Of a stretch of DNA of 64,000 nt, positions 54,724 to 64,000 are shown piece by piece. The stretch is taken from positions 10,499,947-10,563,946 of the forward strand of contig NC_134030.1 of assembly GCF_964204645.1 (NCBI RefSeq). Direction: 5' to 3'. Every line of letters starts with the position of its first letter. Within the stretch, counting starts at the first letter, position 1. The notes under the pieces were generated by a model. That model was not told where the DNA came from, ran no database searches, and saw only the letters and a list, made by a program, of their open reading frames with translations. The position numbers and the translations under genes are program-made. The DNA comes from Tubulanus polymorphus. Taxonomy: Eukaryota > Animalia > Nemertea.

Positions 54724-55244
54724 AATAAACCATTTTACAGTCGCTAGCCGCCATTTTGTTTGGACATTTTTGTCCTGCATAATGTCGGGTCATTTTTTTC
54801 TCTTTTCTAAAAACTGTTTGTGATGCGTGTTTTATCATTTTTACCTCTACCGACGCGGTGCAGTTTAATAGCCATGATGAAAACTAGACGAGATATCTTT
54901 ATTTTGAATTTCACTTGACTTTGTTGACATTTTTTTTATGAATAACGAACTTCAAAGTACTGAGTAGTCTGAATTTTACACGTGCGGCAAAAAACTGAAC
55001 ACAGGTTTTTTATCGCTCTCATTTCGCATTGTTGCAATTCTGAGATATGACTTTCACATAACTGAAAACTAGAGATTCACACGGTTCAAATTATCGAAAT
55101 CCATATTTGGACCAATGAAATAGTTGGAGACAGTTTTTAGAAATAGCATCGCAAATAGTTTTTAGAAATGAGAAAAATGCCAGAACAACACAGGACAAAA
55201 GTCCCCTAACAAAATGGCGGCTAACAACTGTAAAATGGTTTATT
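54724..55244. mobile_element. TIR element, about 520 bp
   Basis: AATAAACCATTTTACAGT..TAGCCGCCATTTTGTT and its inverse, about 50-bp arms. Confidence 0.85.
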
Positions 55245-55914
55245 GTACAAAATCTATATATCATCTCGACTTGAATAACTTATTTAATTTCAGCCGTACA
55301 TGTTTTAAGTCAATACTACGCATTTTCTCATCTTTGCTTGGCAATATATATTCAGCTTTGAAAAACGAATTTTCCCCCCGACATAAAAGCCGTAAGTGAA
55401 AACTGCGGAAGCGAGAGATGCAGCCGTACAAATATTGAAATGCTGTTGTTGTCGTTTCTTTTGTCGCGGCGTCGCCGATTTCGTTTTGTTTACAAAGCGG
55501 AAAGACTCTTCGACGAATTCCCGGCAATTAGCGAATCTATAAAAGGCGATCATTTTACGTTACATCAGAAGGCTCGGCAACTATTTCGCCATTATCTCGC
55601 GTCGCAGAAGTTTTAAGAGGTTTCCGTTCAATGCTAACGTATCCGCGAATAACGCATCGAGCCGTTAGTTCGGTGTTCAAAAATCGATATTCGATGGACT
55701 TCTAAGAAAATATCAAATAGGAAAAGATATCACGACACGGGATGAAATAGCACAAAAATAACCATATTTCTAAGATATGGCAGATAAGATACAGGCCTTC
55801 TATGTTAATTACGTCATCTTCCACATTTTGGTAATTATAAGCTTTCGCATATGTTCGTACTCTTTGGAAATCGCCTTTTATAATTATTGGCTTAACCTGG
55901 ACGTCAGCGATCTA

Positions 55915-56162
55915 TGGTGGCTGATTCGGGCCATACTAAAATTTCTGTACGGCCAGGGAAACGATAAAAAATGTTCACATTGGCCCGTTTTTTGTTTTGT
56001 TTTTCTCGCGCGAGAAAACAAAACATTATGGTTTTGAATTTTTTTTTTATGAATCGCTAGAGGCTAGTTGATTTTTTCCTTTACGTTACGGGCCAATGAG
56101 AAAATTTTCTATAGTTCCTCTAGCCGTACAGAACATTTTAGTATGGCTCGGGTCAGCTACCA
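55915..56162. mobile_element. TIR element, about 250 bp
   Basis: GCCATACTAAAAT..TCTGTACGGC / GCCGTACAGA..ATTTTAGTATGGC arms. Confidence 0.8.
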
Positions 56163-56912
56163 GTAATCTGTCAAATGGCTAATTTCATTTCTAGGAAATG
56201 TCTAATTTTCATTACGGGTATCTGCAAATCCCGACTTTTTTCGCGGAATCAAATCATTTGGCATTCACTTTTATTTTTTTTTCAACCGGTGGCCATTTAA
56301 TTCCGTCTTTATTCACGGAATCAAATCGGGTTTTGTTTAATTCATCTTTTTCAAATTTTCATTTAGTTTTATAATTTTTCAATCGGCAAAAATGGTTAAA
56401 AACATTATATCCCTAGTATTCTTCTGTAGTAATCACATATCTTTGAAACAATCTTTAATGCAAACGAAAATTAACCTTGTTATCCATAGCCGAAATCTAT
56501 CAATCGGCAGAAATTTCACAGTCGTTTTTCTCTACACTGGCACCATAGCCTCACGCCTCGCTTCGTTTATGCTGCCTTACTCTGAAAGCAAATCTTTTTA
56601 AAGATTAAATGAAAATGTGCGCACACTGCAATAATTAGGAAAAATACGTGTGTGTTTTGTTAATCTGAAAGATAAATTGATAAATCTGGTTATCAATACA
56701 TCGATGGTCATTGTTAAAAATGTTATTTCAATCGTTTCTTTCCAAAGCGCTTTATCTGTACGGAAAATTCACTGTAAAATTCAATTATCGGTAAATTGCT
56801 CATAGTCAGAACTCGTGCATGCAAAAACAAGTTTGATTTGATATGAAAATGATGTATTTCATTCATTAATTGTTTTGTTGATTTAACCTTAGGGAATCAA
56901 TTACATTCAGAC

Positions 56913-56919
56913 TATATAA
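56913..56919 (+). promoter_or_regulatory. TATA box of the secreted orphan gene
   Basis: cTATATAAg about 90 nt upstream of the ATG at 57005; several GATA motifs at 56670-56790. Confidence 0.6.
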
Positions 56920-57004
56920 GCTGTAGGTTTGGACGGAACCATCGATGTTTATCACCTAGCTATTCGAAGTCCGCTATTAGCGTTCTGCAGACAGGGGCCG
57001 AAAT

Positions 57005-57029
57005 ATGAATCTCATACCAACAAAGCACG
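57005..57029 (+). CDS. secreted orphan protein, exon 1 (MNLIPTKH)
   Basis: ATG followed by phase-1 donor G|GTAAGA; phase matches exon 2 and the join creates a signal peptide. Confidence 0.75.
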
Positions 57030-57184
57030 GTAAGACCTTTAGTTTTGTTTGTTAAATCCGCTGAAAGTTTCATGGCAATTCCAACGTTCAGAAGATCAGA
57101 AGCGTTCAAGATACATCGTTTTTTTCACTGGGAGTAGGAATGGGTTCACTTTTGGAAAATGTATTACTTTTTTGTCCGTTCTGC

Positions 57185-57355
57185 TGAGCTAGAAAGTTGA
57201 CCCAGCCGGACACCCATCTACCATGTGCATTATCTTTAAAAAAATCGTGATCAAGCTAATCGTAACAGACCCGGCAGCTATAGAAGTGAACTGATCACAA
57301 ACTTTTATTGCGGTTCACAAAACGACCCGGCCAATTGTGAAAAATATGGTATCAT
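57185..57355 (+). repeat. dispersed repeat family F, in the orphan-gene intron
   Basis: Similar to about 52548-52715 and 40195-40300 (ACCCGGCAGCTATAGAA..ACGACCC). Confidence 0.7.
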
Positions 57356-57927
57356 TTTCTTAGCCTAGTATATGATGGTGGTTATTTTCCGAGGGTGCTT
57401 AAGTATCTAGCCTTAGATCTATAACGATGTCCGACTACCAGCACTGGTTATATCAGAAAATAATGTGTCATACATAAACCAGCTGATGAATTAGATATTT
57501 AGATAGTTAACTAGGTGTAACCGGCTCGTACTTCGATTCTTGCTTTCCATCTAACATTAACATTTTGGTTTCGCGATTGATGCAGACATTTGCAAAAAAT
57601 GGACAACGTTTGGCAATCATCAATGAAACATCGTCACACTGTATACGCGTGGCCGTATTTAGCGGGGGGCAATTGTCCCCCTCGAGAAGCTTTGGTAAAA
57701 ATGCCCTTGTTGCAAATATTGCTGTTATATCCTATAAAACTGCCCTTTTTGGTTTTCTGAAACAAAAAAAAAAACAACAAATATTCAAATGCTAGGTACT
57801 GCCCTGATAACTAGATATTGGACTCATGGAACCTGAAATTTAAAATCTTAAAATGGCAAATAATATTAGTTATCGATTCATACCCGATAAGTAACTGACA
57901 AACGATCCGGGTATTTATGTATTACAG

Positions 57928-58373
57928 TTTATTGGTTTTTGGCTTTGATAACAGTATCTATGGCGCTAGATGATGGCAACGGAAGTACGGAGGAAGCGCC
58001 TCCGCCAGTTCAGGGAACGTGCGATCGCTCGACCAAAATCATCGTGAATGGATTGACCGGTTTGATGAAAAGGAAGGATATCCAACGAAATAAAAGCTGC
58101 GAAGAAGTCACGGCGTACATCGAATTGTTAAGATTCATCCTCGACGTTATCAAATCGAAGGCTTCGTTAAGCAGCACCGACAACGAAACTACCGACAAAA
58201 TAATGAAGAAACTGAACGACAAAATGCAACGCCTTGAACAAATACTTCACACAAAAGAAGTGGCAAGGATACTCACGAACAACATGCAATTGCAGATAAT
58301 GAAGAAGGTCAAATCGTTGTTGTTGAAGTATACGAAGCTGGATAAACATCTTGTTGAAATTCAAGACCAGTGA
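57928..58373 (+). CDS. secreted orphan helical/coiled-coil protein, exon 2 (156 aa in total)
   Basis: Acceptor tattacag. Joined protein MNLIPTKHVYWFLALITVSMA-LDDGNGS...EIQDQ*. AATAAA at 58394 and 58414. Confidence 0.8.
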
Positions 58374-58826
58374 ACATCGCGATAATCATGCGCAATAAAT
58401 CTTAATAACAAGCAATAAATTCGTGTCAGAAATATGATATTCGTCTTGTCTATAATGTCGTAGATTGTTACTATCGTTTTTCGTGAGGAAAACAGCTGGT
58501 GACGTGGACTGCTGAGATAAGCCTGTGGAGACTGTTATGTCTAAGGAAGTCGGAATGACGATGACATGATTTATTATGATTATTCCATTGTCTCGTGAAT
58601 CTTAAACCAAAAATGGATTTTACCGGACCGATTGGTTAGATTCCAGCTTCCTGGTCCAGGTTACATATCAATTTGTTCGGTCTAGAACCAAAATATCATA
58701 CATGTCATATCATACATGTCCAGAAATGACACTTGACCAAAAACTCTGGAAAACAAAATCTGAAAAGCTGAGATATTTGCGAGATGTATGGACGTACGGT
58801 TAAACCTCAGGTAATGGGTGTACGTA

Positions 58827-59004
58827 CAGTGGAACCTCGTTAACGGCGAACTTCTCGGGACCAGAAAATATTAAGTTCATTTTAACCGATAGTTCGTAAT
58901 ATCCGGTATGGAATTAATAAAATTTTCTCACTTAGGACGAAATTTTATATTCGTTATATCCGATGAATCGTTGTATCCGAGTTCGTTATAACAAGGTTCC
59001 ACTG
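58827..59004. mobile_element. Tigger/pogo-type MITE
   Basis: TA|CAGTGGAACCT...AGGTTCCACTG|TA. Confidence 0.9.
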
Positions 59005-59393
59005 TATATGTTTCGAATAAACGGCTTTTCTAGATTTTATTCATTACAATGCACTCTCAGACTGATTGTTACTTGTTCAAATAGAAACATATCAACCATA
59101 TTTTGGCAATAAGCAATTCAAATGAAAAATTTGATTCTGAACATATAAATCAGTTATCTTACACATTTATTTATACACACCAATTGAACCAACAAACAGT
59201 TGTCTTACACATTTAATGTATACTACGTCATGTCTGTGATAAGTTAGGTATGAAAATACGCGAATATACATTATTAAAGTGCGTGGGTATTCAGCCATCG
59301 ACATGAAATATAACGGTTATACTGAATATACAGAAATTTAAGCTCAGGCTTAGATACGTCGATTGTTAAGTATCACCTATCGCACACGATAAC

Positions 59394-59400
59394 TATATAA
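59394..59400 (+). promoter_or_regulatory. TATA box of the astacin-MAM gene
   Basis: cTATATAAg about 125 nt upstream of the ATG at 59520. Confidence 0.55.
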
Positions 59401-59519
59401 GGACTTTTAAACAGTACAGATGTTATCGAATATACCGCAGTGATAGGCTCTGGCGCATGCAACCAAATAAATTTCGCCAGTACGATATACAGATGTGTTA
59501 TGAAAATCGGATAAAAACG

Positions 59520-59522
59520 ATG
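59520..59522 (+). CDS. astacin-MAM gene exon 1, coding part (ATG only; alternative in-frame ATG at 59493)
   Basis: AAAACGATG|GTATGT; the phase-0 donor gives the signal-peptide frame in exon 2. Confidence 0.6.
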
Positions 59523-59909
59523 GTATGTAAGTTTCTCAAACTATTGCCGTTTATATGATGTTACGTTCCAAAATTTAGAAAAGAACGTCAAAAGAGTTTT
59601 AAATACTACATAAGATGGAATTAATTGTTTCAAAACTCTAAATCTATCGAGAAGTGGAATCGATTCTGCAATCACGACGGACGTCGTAAATCTTCACACA
59701 ACTTCTTTGAGCATAACTCAATACGCGATAAGTAAAACGCGTCATATTTGTAATTTTTTCATTCAATCAAAACCTGCAATCTTACAATTTTGATTTTGTT
59801 GGTAACCAAACAACACGATGATGCTATCGTAAATATTGCTATCGTTCGTAATCAAATTGAAGAAAAAATTACAGTTGCCTTTCTCTCTTCCCCTCTCCTC
59901 TTTTTCTAG

Positions 59910-59937
59910 TTGCTTGTTTTTGGACTAGCCTTTATTG
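59910..59937 (+). CDS. astacin-MAM gene exon 2 (signal peptide LLVFGLAFI)
   Basis: Long polypyrimidine tract plus TAG acceptor; GTAAGT donor; 28 nt. Confidence 0.75.
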
Positions 59938-60079
59938 GTAAGTACGCTTGAACAGTCGTAATTAAAATTCGCGACAAAACCTATTATTCAAATATAGACA
60001 GAACTATTCAACAAAAATGTGTGGATTGAATTATGTGAATTTCATTATGTCTTTCATATTCAATTACTTGCGAGTGCAG

Positions 60080-60111
60080 GACTTTGTGACGTCACTGTCG
60101 GTCGGATTGTG
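60080..60111 (+). CDS. astacin-MAM gene exon 3 (GLCDVTVGRIV)
   Basis: tgcag acceptor, GTGAGT donor; phases 1 to 0 fit both neighbours. Confidence 0.65.
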
Positions 60112-60613
60112 GTGAGTTCAATAACTAGCCATTATTTTTTCATTATAATACCTTATTCAACAATCGAAGTTCGACTAATCAAAATGATAAGATTTTCGTT
60201 GACGCCACGAAACAAAATAATGAAAAGGTGTTAACACGTAGCAATAATCTCTTCATTTCAATAAATCCTCAACTGTTAAAACTAATTGAAATAAACTTTG
60301 CAAAACTGGGCTCAGAAACTAAGCACAGAAAATGCAGTCTTAAGAATAGTCTTGTTTGTCTACATAATAGCACCGGACCCTAGAGAAATAAAACTCGAAA
60401 GAGACTGTCACCTATGCACAACGCACACGCCGTAGGGGAACACGGAAACGGGGGTCAAAAAATATTTCCGAGCGTTTCCCTGTGTCACACAATAAATTCA
60501 GCCATAGATGAAAAGTTCTTGAATAGTAGTGTACATAAATATATATTATATATATAGGCTTAGGAATATATTCTTGGATTCCCAAGCGATAATCGAATCA
60601 CGTTCACTTTTAG

Positions 60614-60689
60614 AAACGTACAGCAACGATTCCATACGCCCAGCAATTGTGGCCAGTCGGTGTTGTACCTTATGTCTGTACAGGTTTCG
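60614..60689 (+). CDS. astacin-MAM gene exon 4 (KR site and mature N-terminus, LWPVGVVPY)
   Basis: Astacin W-P-x-G-x-V-P-Y motif; ttttag acceptor, GTGAGA donor. Confidence 0.88.
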
Positions 60690-60846
60690 GTGAGATTGCG
60701 TCCTTTCGTTCAATAAATCGATATCAAGTCAGATGACAGATGCATCGAGAATACCTTAAAAAGAAATATCGTAAAAAACCAACTCATACATTTCAAACCT
60801 GCTGTGGAGCAAAATGGGTGCATAAAATCACGTCATTTTCTTGCAG

Positions 60847-60973
60847 ATTCTGCGCAGGTTACCGAAATCGAAAATGCACTGAAGCGACTTGAGCAAATTG
60901 TGGCCCCGAGATGTGTCCGATTCGTAAAACGAACTGCTGAACCCGACTATGTGAACATAACCCTGGCAAACAG
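60847..60973 (+). CDS. astacin-MAM gene exon 5
   Basis: IENALKRLEQIVAPRCVRFVKRTAEPDYVNI matches the astacin helix A, CVRF and DYV pattern; canonical splice sites. Confidence 0.9.
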
Positions 60974-61029
60974 GTGATGCGGCTGCCTTGCCCTTCTCGT
61001 CATTTCAATTTCAATCTTTATTCTGAATT

Positions 61030-61293
61030 AGAACGATAACCACACTCAAACGTGGTGAACGGATAATAAGATAAAAACCCAATATCTACAAATTAAAAGA
61101 ATTTAAAAACAACAAATTTATTTATTCGAACAATCTAAAATATATAAAATACACGACGTTTCGATCTCACCTGACGATGATCTCTAGGGTGAGATCGAAA
61201 CGTCGTGTATTTTGTATATTTTAGATTGTTCGAATAAATAAATTTCTTGTTTTTAAATTTTTTTAATTTGTAGATAGTGGGTTTTTATCTTTC
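61030..61293 (+). mobile_element. palindromic Penelope-type insertion with 11-bp TSD
   Basis: About 104-bp inverted arms at 61068-61171 and 61188-61291; TATTCTGAATT at 61019-61029 and 61294-61304. Confidence 0.8.
61168..61207 (+). ncRNA. minimal type I hammerhead-ribozyme-like motif
   Basis: CAC-CUGACGA-U-GAUCUC(UAGGGU)GAGAUC-GAAA-CGUC-GUG: core boxes, 6-bp stem II, 3-bp stem I. Confidence 0.55.
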
Positions 61294-61377
61294 TATTCTG
61301 AATTGTTTGCGAGGAATATAGGTGTCATTGTCCTGGGCCAATTTCATCTTACAAACAGTTTCTTGTTCTGGTGATAG

Positions 61378-61687
61378 CAAGGGCGGATCCAAGGGGAGTA
61401 TTCCCCCTAATTTTTCTTAGGTGCCCTCAAAACCTTTAAGAAATTTGTTTTTTTATTTTATGAAGAAATATGAATCATTCCCTCATGACAGCCATTAAAT
61501 AGCCTTGGAGAACACCAAAATTTCAAAATATTCTGGAGGAGGCCCCGCAGACCCCCTTTCATGGTTTCGTAACACCTTCGGAGCTCGCCACATTGGGGCG
61601 CCCTTCGTAATTGCTTTTGTGCCCTTCGCGACTACTTTTGTGCCCTTCAGTACGCTGGTCCCCGCCTTAATCCTGGCTCCGCCCTTG
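61378..61687. mobile_element. MITE related to family A
   Basis: Perfect CAAGGGCGGA/TCCGCCCTTG TIR; flanks GATAG/GATAA. Confidence 0.85.
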
Positions 61688-61784
61688 GATAAGAGACCCC
61701 CTCTACATTATAGGCAAGTAAGTTCGCAAGTCACTTGGGGAACCTCTTGCACACACCCGAACGATCTTTTCCATTTGAATTTAG

Positions 61785-61963
61785 CTGCGGTTCCGTGGTC
61801 GGGATGATCGGGGGCGAACAGTCTCTGAGACTAGCTGCGCAATGTGTAGCTAAACAGGGCTATATACTGCAGCAGTTGCTGCATGTGCTCGGTATGAAAG
61901 CCGAGCATTACAGACCGGACCGGGACCAATACGTCACGATCAACCTATCGAACGTGAAACCAG
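61785..61963 (+). CDS. astacin-MAM gene exon 6 (degenerate zinc-binding motif)
   Basis: SCGSVVGMIGGEQSLRL...C...QQLLHVLGMKAEHYRPDRDQYVTINLSNV aligns to HExxHxxGxxHExxRxDRD. Confidence 0.92.
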
Positions 61964-62301
61964 GTGAGCGGGGCTAGTAGCTCAATAAAAAGTTTCTCCA
62001 ACGAAAATTTCATCAATATTTGTATTTCAAAAAAAACAATTGCAATTGTGAATTTTGAGGTTGATTTTGTAAATATAGATATATCTTATAACTCTTATTT
62101 TACATTTGAAAAACGTTGATAATTATATTTGAGAGGATGTGCACTACGTTCAGTGTTAGACTGGTTGCCAGTCAATTCAAATTACTTTATTGATATAATA
62201 ATTTTAAATATTATACTATTCGTCGACAATATTAAGCAATTAAGTATTTTTAAGGCGTCAATAAACATTTAATTTTCTTGTGTTTTCTTCAACAAATCCA
62301 G

Positions 62302-62514
62302 CTGACCAATTCAGGTTCCGTATTGACCCAACTGTACAAACGTTTGGTCTACCATACGATTATGGAAGCCTGTTGCACTACTCGGAAACACATTTCGCCA
62401 AGTCACCCGGATTGAAAACGATCGTTCCGAAGCAACCAGGCGTCACCATCGGGCAGCGAGAGACCCTGAGCAGTTTGGACACGCAGACCGTGCAGCACCT
62501 TTATAAATGCGGAC
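62302..62514 (+). CDS. astacin-MAM gene exon 7 (Met-turn region to end of astacin domain)
   Basis: LPYDYGSLLHY...TIVPK...IGQRETLSSLD...LYKC; canonical splice sites. Confidence 0.92.
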
Positions 62515-63116
62515 GTAAATATCTCGTTGTGCAATCAATGAAGTTTTTTGTTTACATGAGTAATGTATTTTGAGTGTTTGGTTAGATTCTGTTGACCTTG
62601 CATTCTAAAATATCAGGTTAATCCAACAAAGGATTCAGTTTCATGAAAAAGAAAAACTGAAGCATTAAACGATTAAGTCGAATTGTTTGCCTCATTGATA
62701 TCATTAAGTAGGCGTACGGCAGTGGAAATTTCATTGTCTATAAAACTTTCTAAAACATATTTCATTTCGTTGAAATGCGGCCCCAGGCCCACGGTTTGAC
62801 AGATTATGTTAAACTCTGAATTTTATTTACTTTCTTAAATTCTATGATAATTCAGTTTATCCTTACTCGATTCATGAGTTAATTCTTTTTGTGGAGATAT
62901 TGCTTTTGGCCTTACAAAACATGAAATTCATAATGTTTTTAAAATCTCTAGTAATATGTATTACGTATATAATACGTATGTGGAATATAGATGTTACATT
63001 TATGGCAAAATCACAGAGACGAGTTCATTCACAGAGACGAGTATTGATACTGATCCGAGATGTTTCCTCTCGCCTAGTATAACCGTTTAACGATTACGAC
63101 ACTTTTCTTTTATCAG

Positions 63117-63248
63117 AGAAAGTTAGCTTTACGTGCGATTTTTCCGCAAGTTCCTGCGGATTCATGTCGAGACCAAGCGAAGCGTTTGACTGGATAAGAA
63201 CTAGTGCCCCGACGCCACACGGCCCGCAGTCTGGTCACAGCGGTGACG
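63117..63248 (+). CDS. astacin-MAM gene exon 8 (start of MAM domain)
   Basis: FTCDFSASSCGF...FDWIR...TPHGPQSGHS matches the MAM pattern CDF..C..W...GP..DH. Confidence 0.87.
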
Positions 63249-63609
63249 GTAGGCTATACATGTGTACTGACAAGAAACATCATTTTCGCAACAAGAAAGA
63301 ACGATAAGGTCGGCCATTTAGATTGAAAAAAATGTTTAACTACTTATCGTTCTGTCCTGTTATGGCGCGAAAGATAGATCAAAGACAGTGGGTACGATTG
63401 GCTGGTGGTAAATTCTAGAACTAAGGCCCCACTGTACGGTAACTTGAATGTTACTAAATCTTTCATTTGTAGTCGCAAAATGCGATATGCAACCACCAGT
63501 TATATGTCTTCGCTTTTCGTATCCATCATTTTGGTTTTCTAATGTGATTGGAATAATCGAAATTCGGTACTAGTCTCTCAAAGTCCTTGATTTCTACCTT
63601 TTAAAACAG

Positions 63610-63715
63610 GGTACTACATGGCTAGCATTATAACCAGCGATAAAGGTCGCGGCTACTCGGCACTTGTTTTTCAAGAGCTCCCGCAAAGTTCTGTAGGATA
63701 CTGCATCAGTTTCTG
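63610..63715 (+). CDS. astacin-MAM gene exon 9 (MAM domain; gene continues beyond window)
   Basis: GYYM...ALV...YCISFW matches MAM GYYM and CLSFW motifs; GTAAGC donor. Confidence 0.87.
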
Positions 63716-64000
63716 GTAAGCATGATCAATTCAGCAACAAGGTATTACAGGATCACCTGGTAGTTACATGGGACATTTAAAGAATGTAAAAGTGAAATGC
63801 ATATTTTTGTACGCACGTATTATTTTTTCTGTAGGGTTTTTGTCTACCCATTCGGTGGAAGCTACAGATATGACATTATCGGGCACTATATCGGAGACAG
63901 CACATACTCGCAATACGAAACGTATATCATAGGCCCCGCTGATCAACCCGCGCAGTGGAAATTGTCCAAAAAACATTTCAGTTGGCCAAAAACAGAATCG

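Noticed and set aside
59520-63715. Calling the astacin-MAM locus a pseudogene
   Set aside because: All nine exons are open and phase-compatible with canonical splice sites; the losses are concentrated in catalytic and latency elements.

Overview
Eukaryotic (metazoan, probably marine invertebrate) genomic DNA with spliced genes and many small repeats; no prokaryotic operons, rRNA, genuine tRNA genes or CRISPR. Minus strand: a PDE11A-like GAF-domain phosphodiesterase, with a large first coding exon (44587-43718) spliced across a 43.2-kb repeat-rich intron to the next exon (494-336); the gene continues off the left edge. Plus strand: (i) a two-exon gene (57005-58373) for a 156-aa secreted helical protein I cannot assign to a family, and (ii) a gene of at least 9 exons (59520 to beyond 63715) for a secreted astacin+MAM protein. 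Its reading frame is intact, but it has lost two of three zinc-binding histidines, the catalytic Glu, the Met-turn Met and almost the whole propeptide, so it is a likely pseudo-protease. Notable repeats are a MITE family with tRNA-like inverted termini and 9-bp target duplications, and a palindromic Penelope-type element with a hammerhead-ribozyme-like core whose centre is flipped between two copies. Gene models and alignments were done by eye; family comparisons are from memory and need confirming by search.
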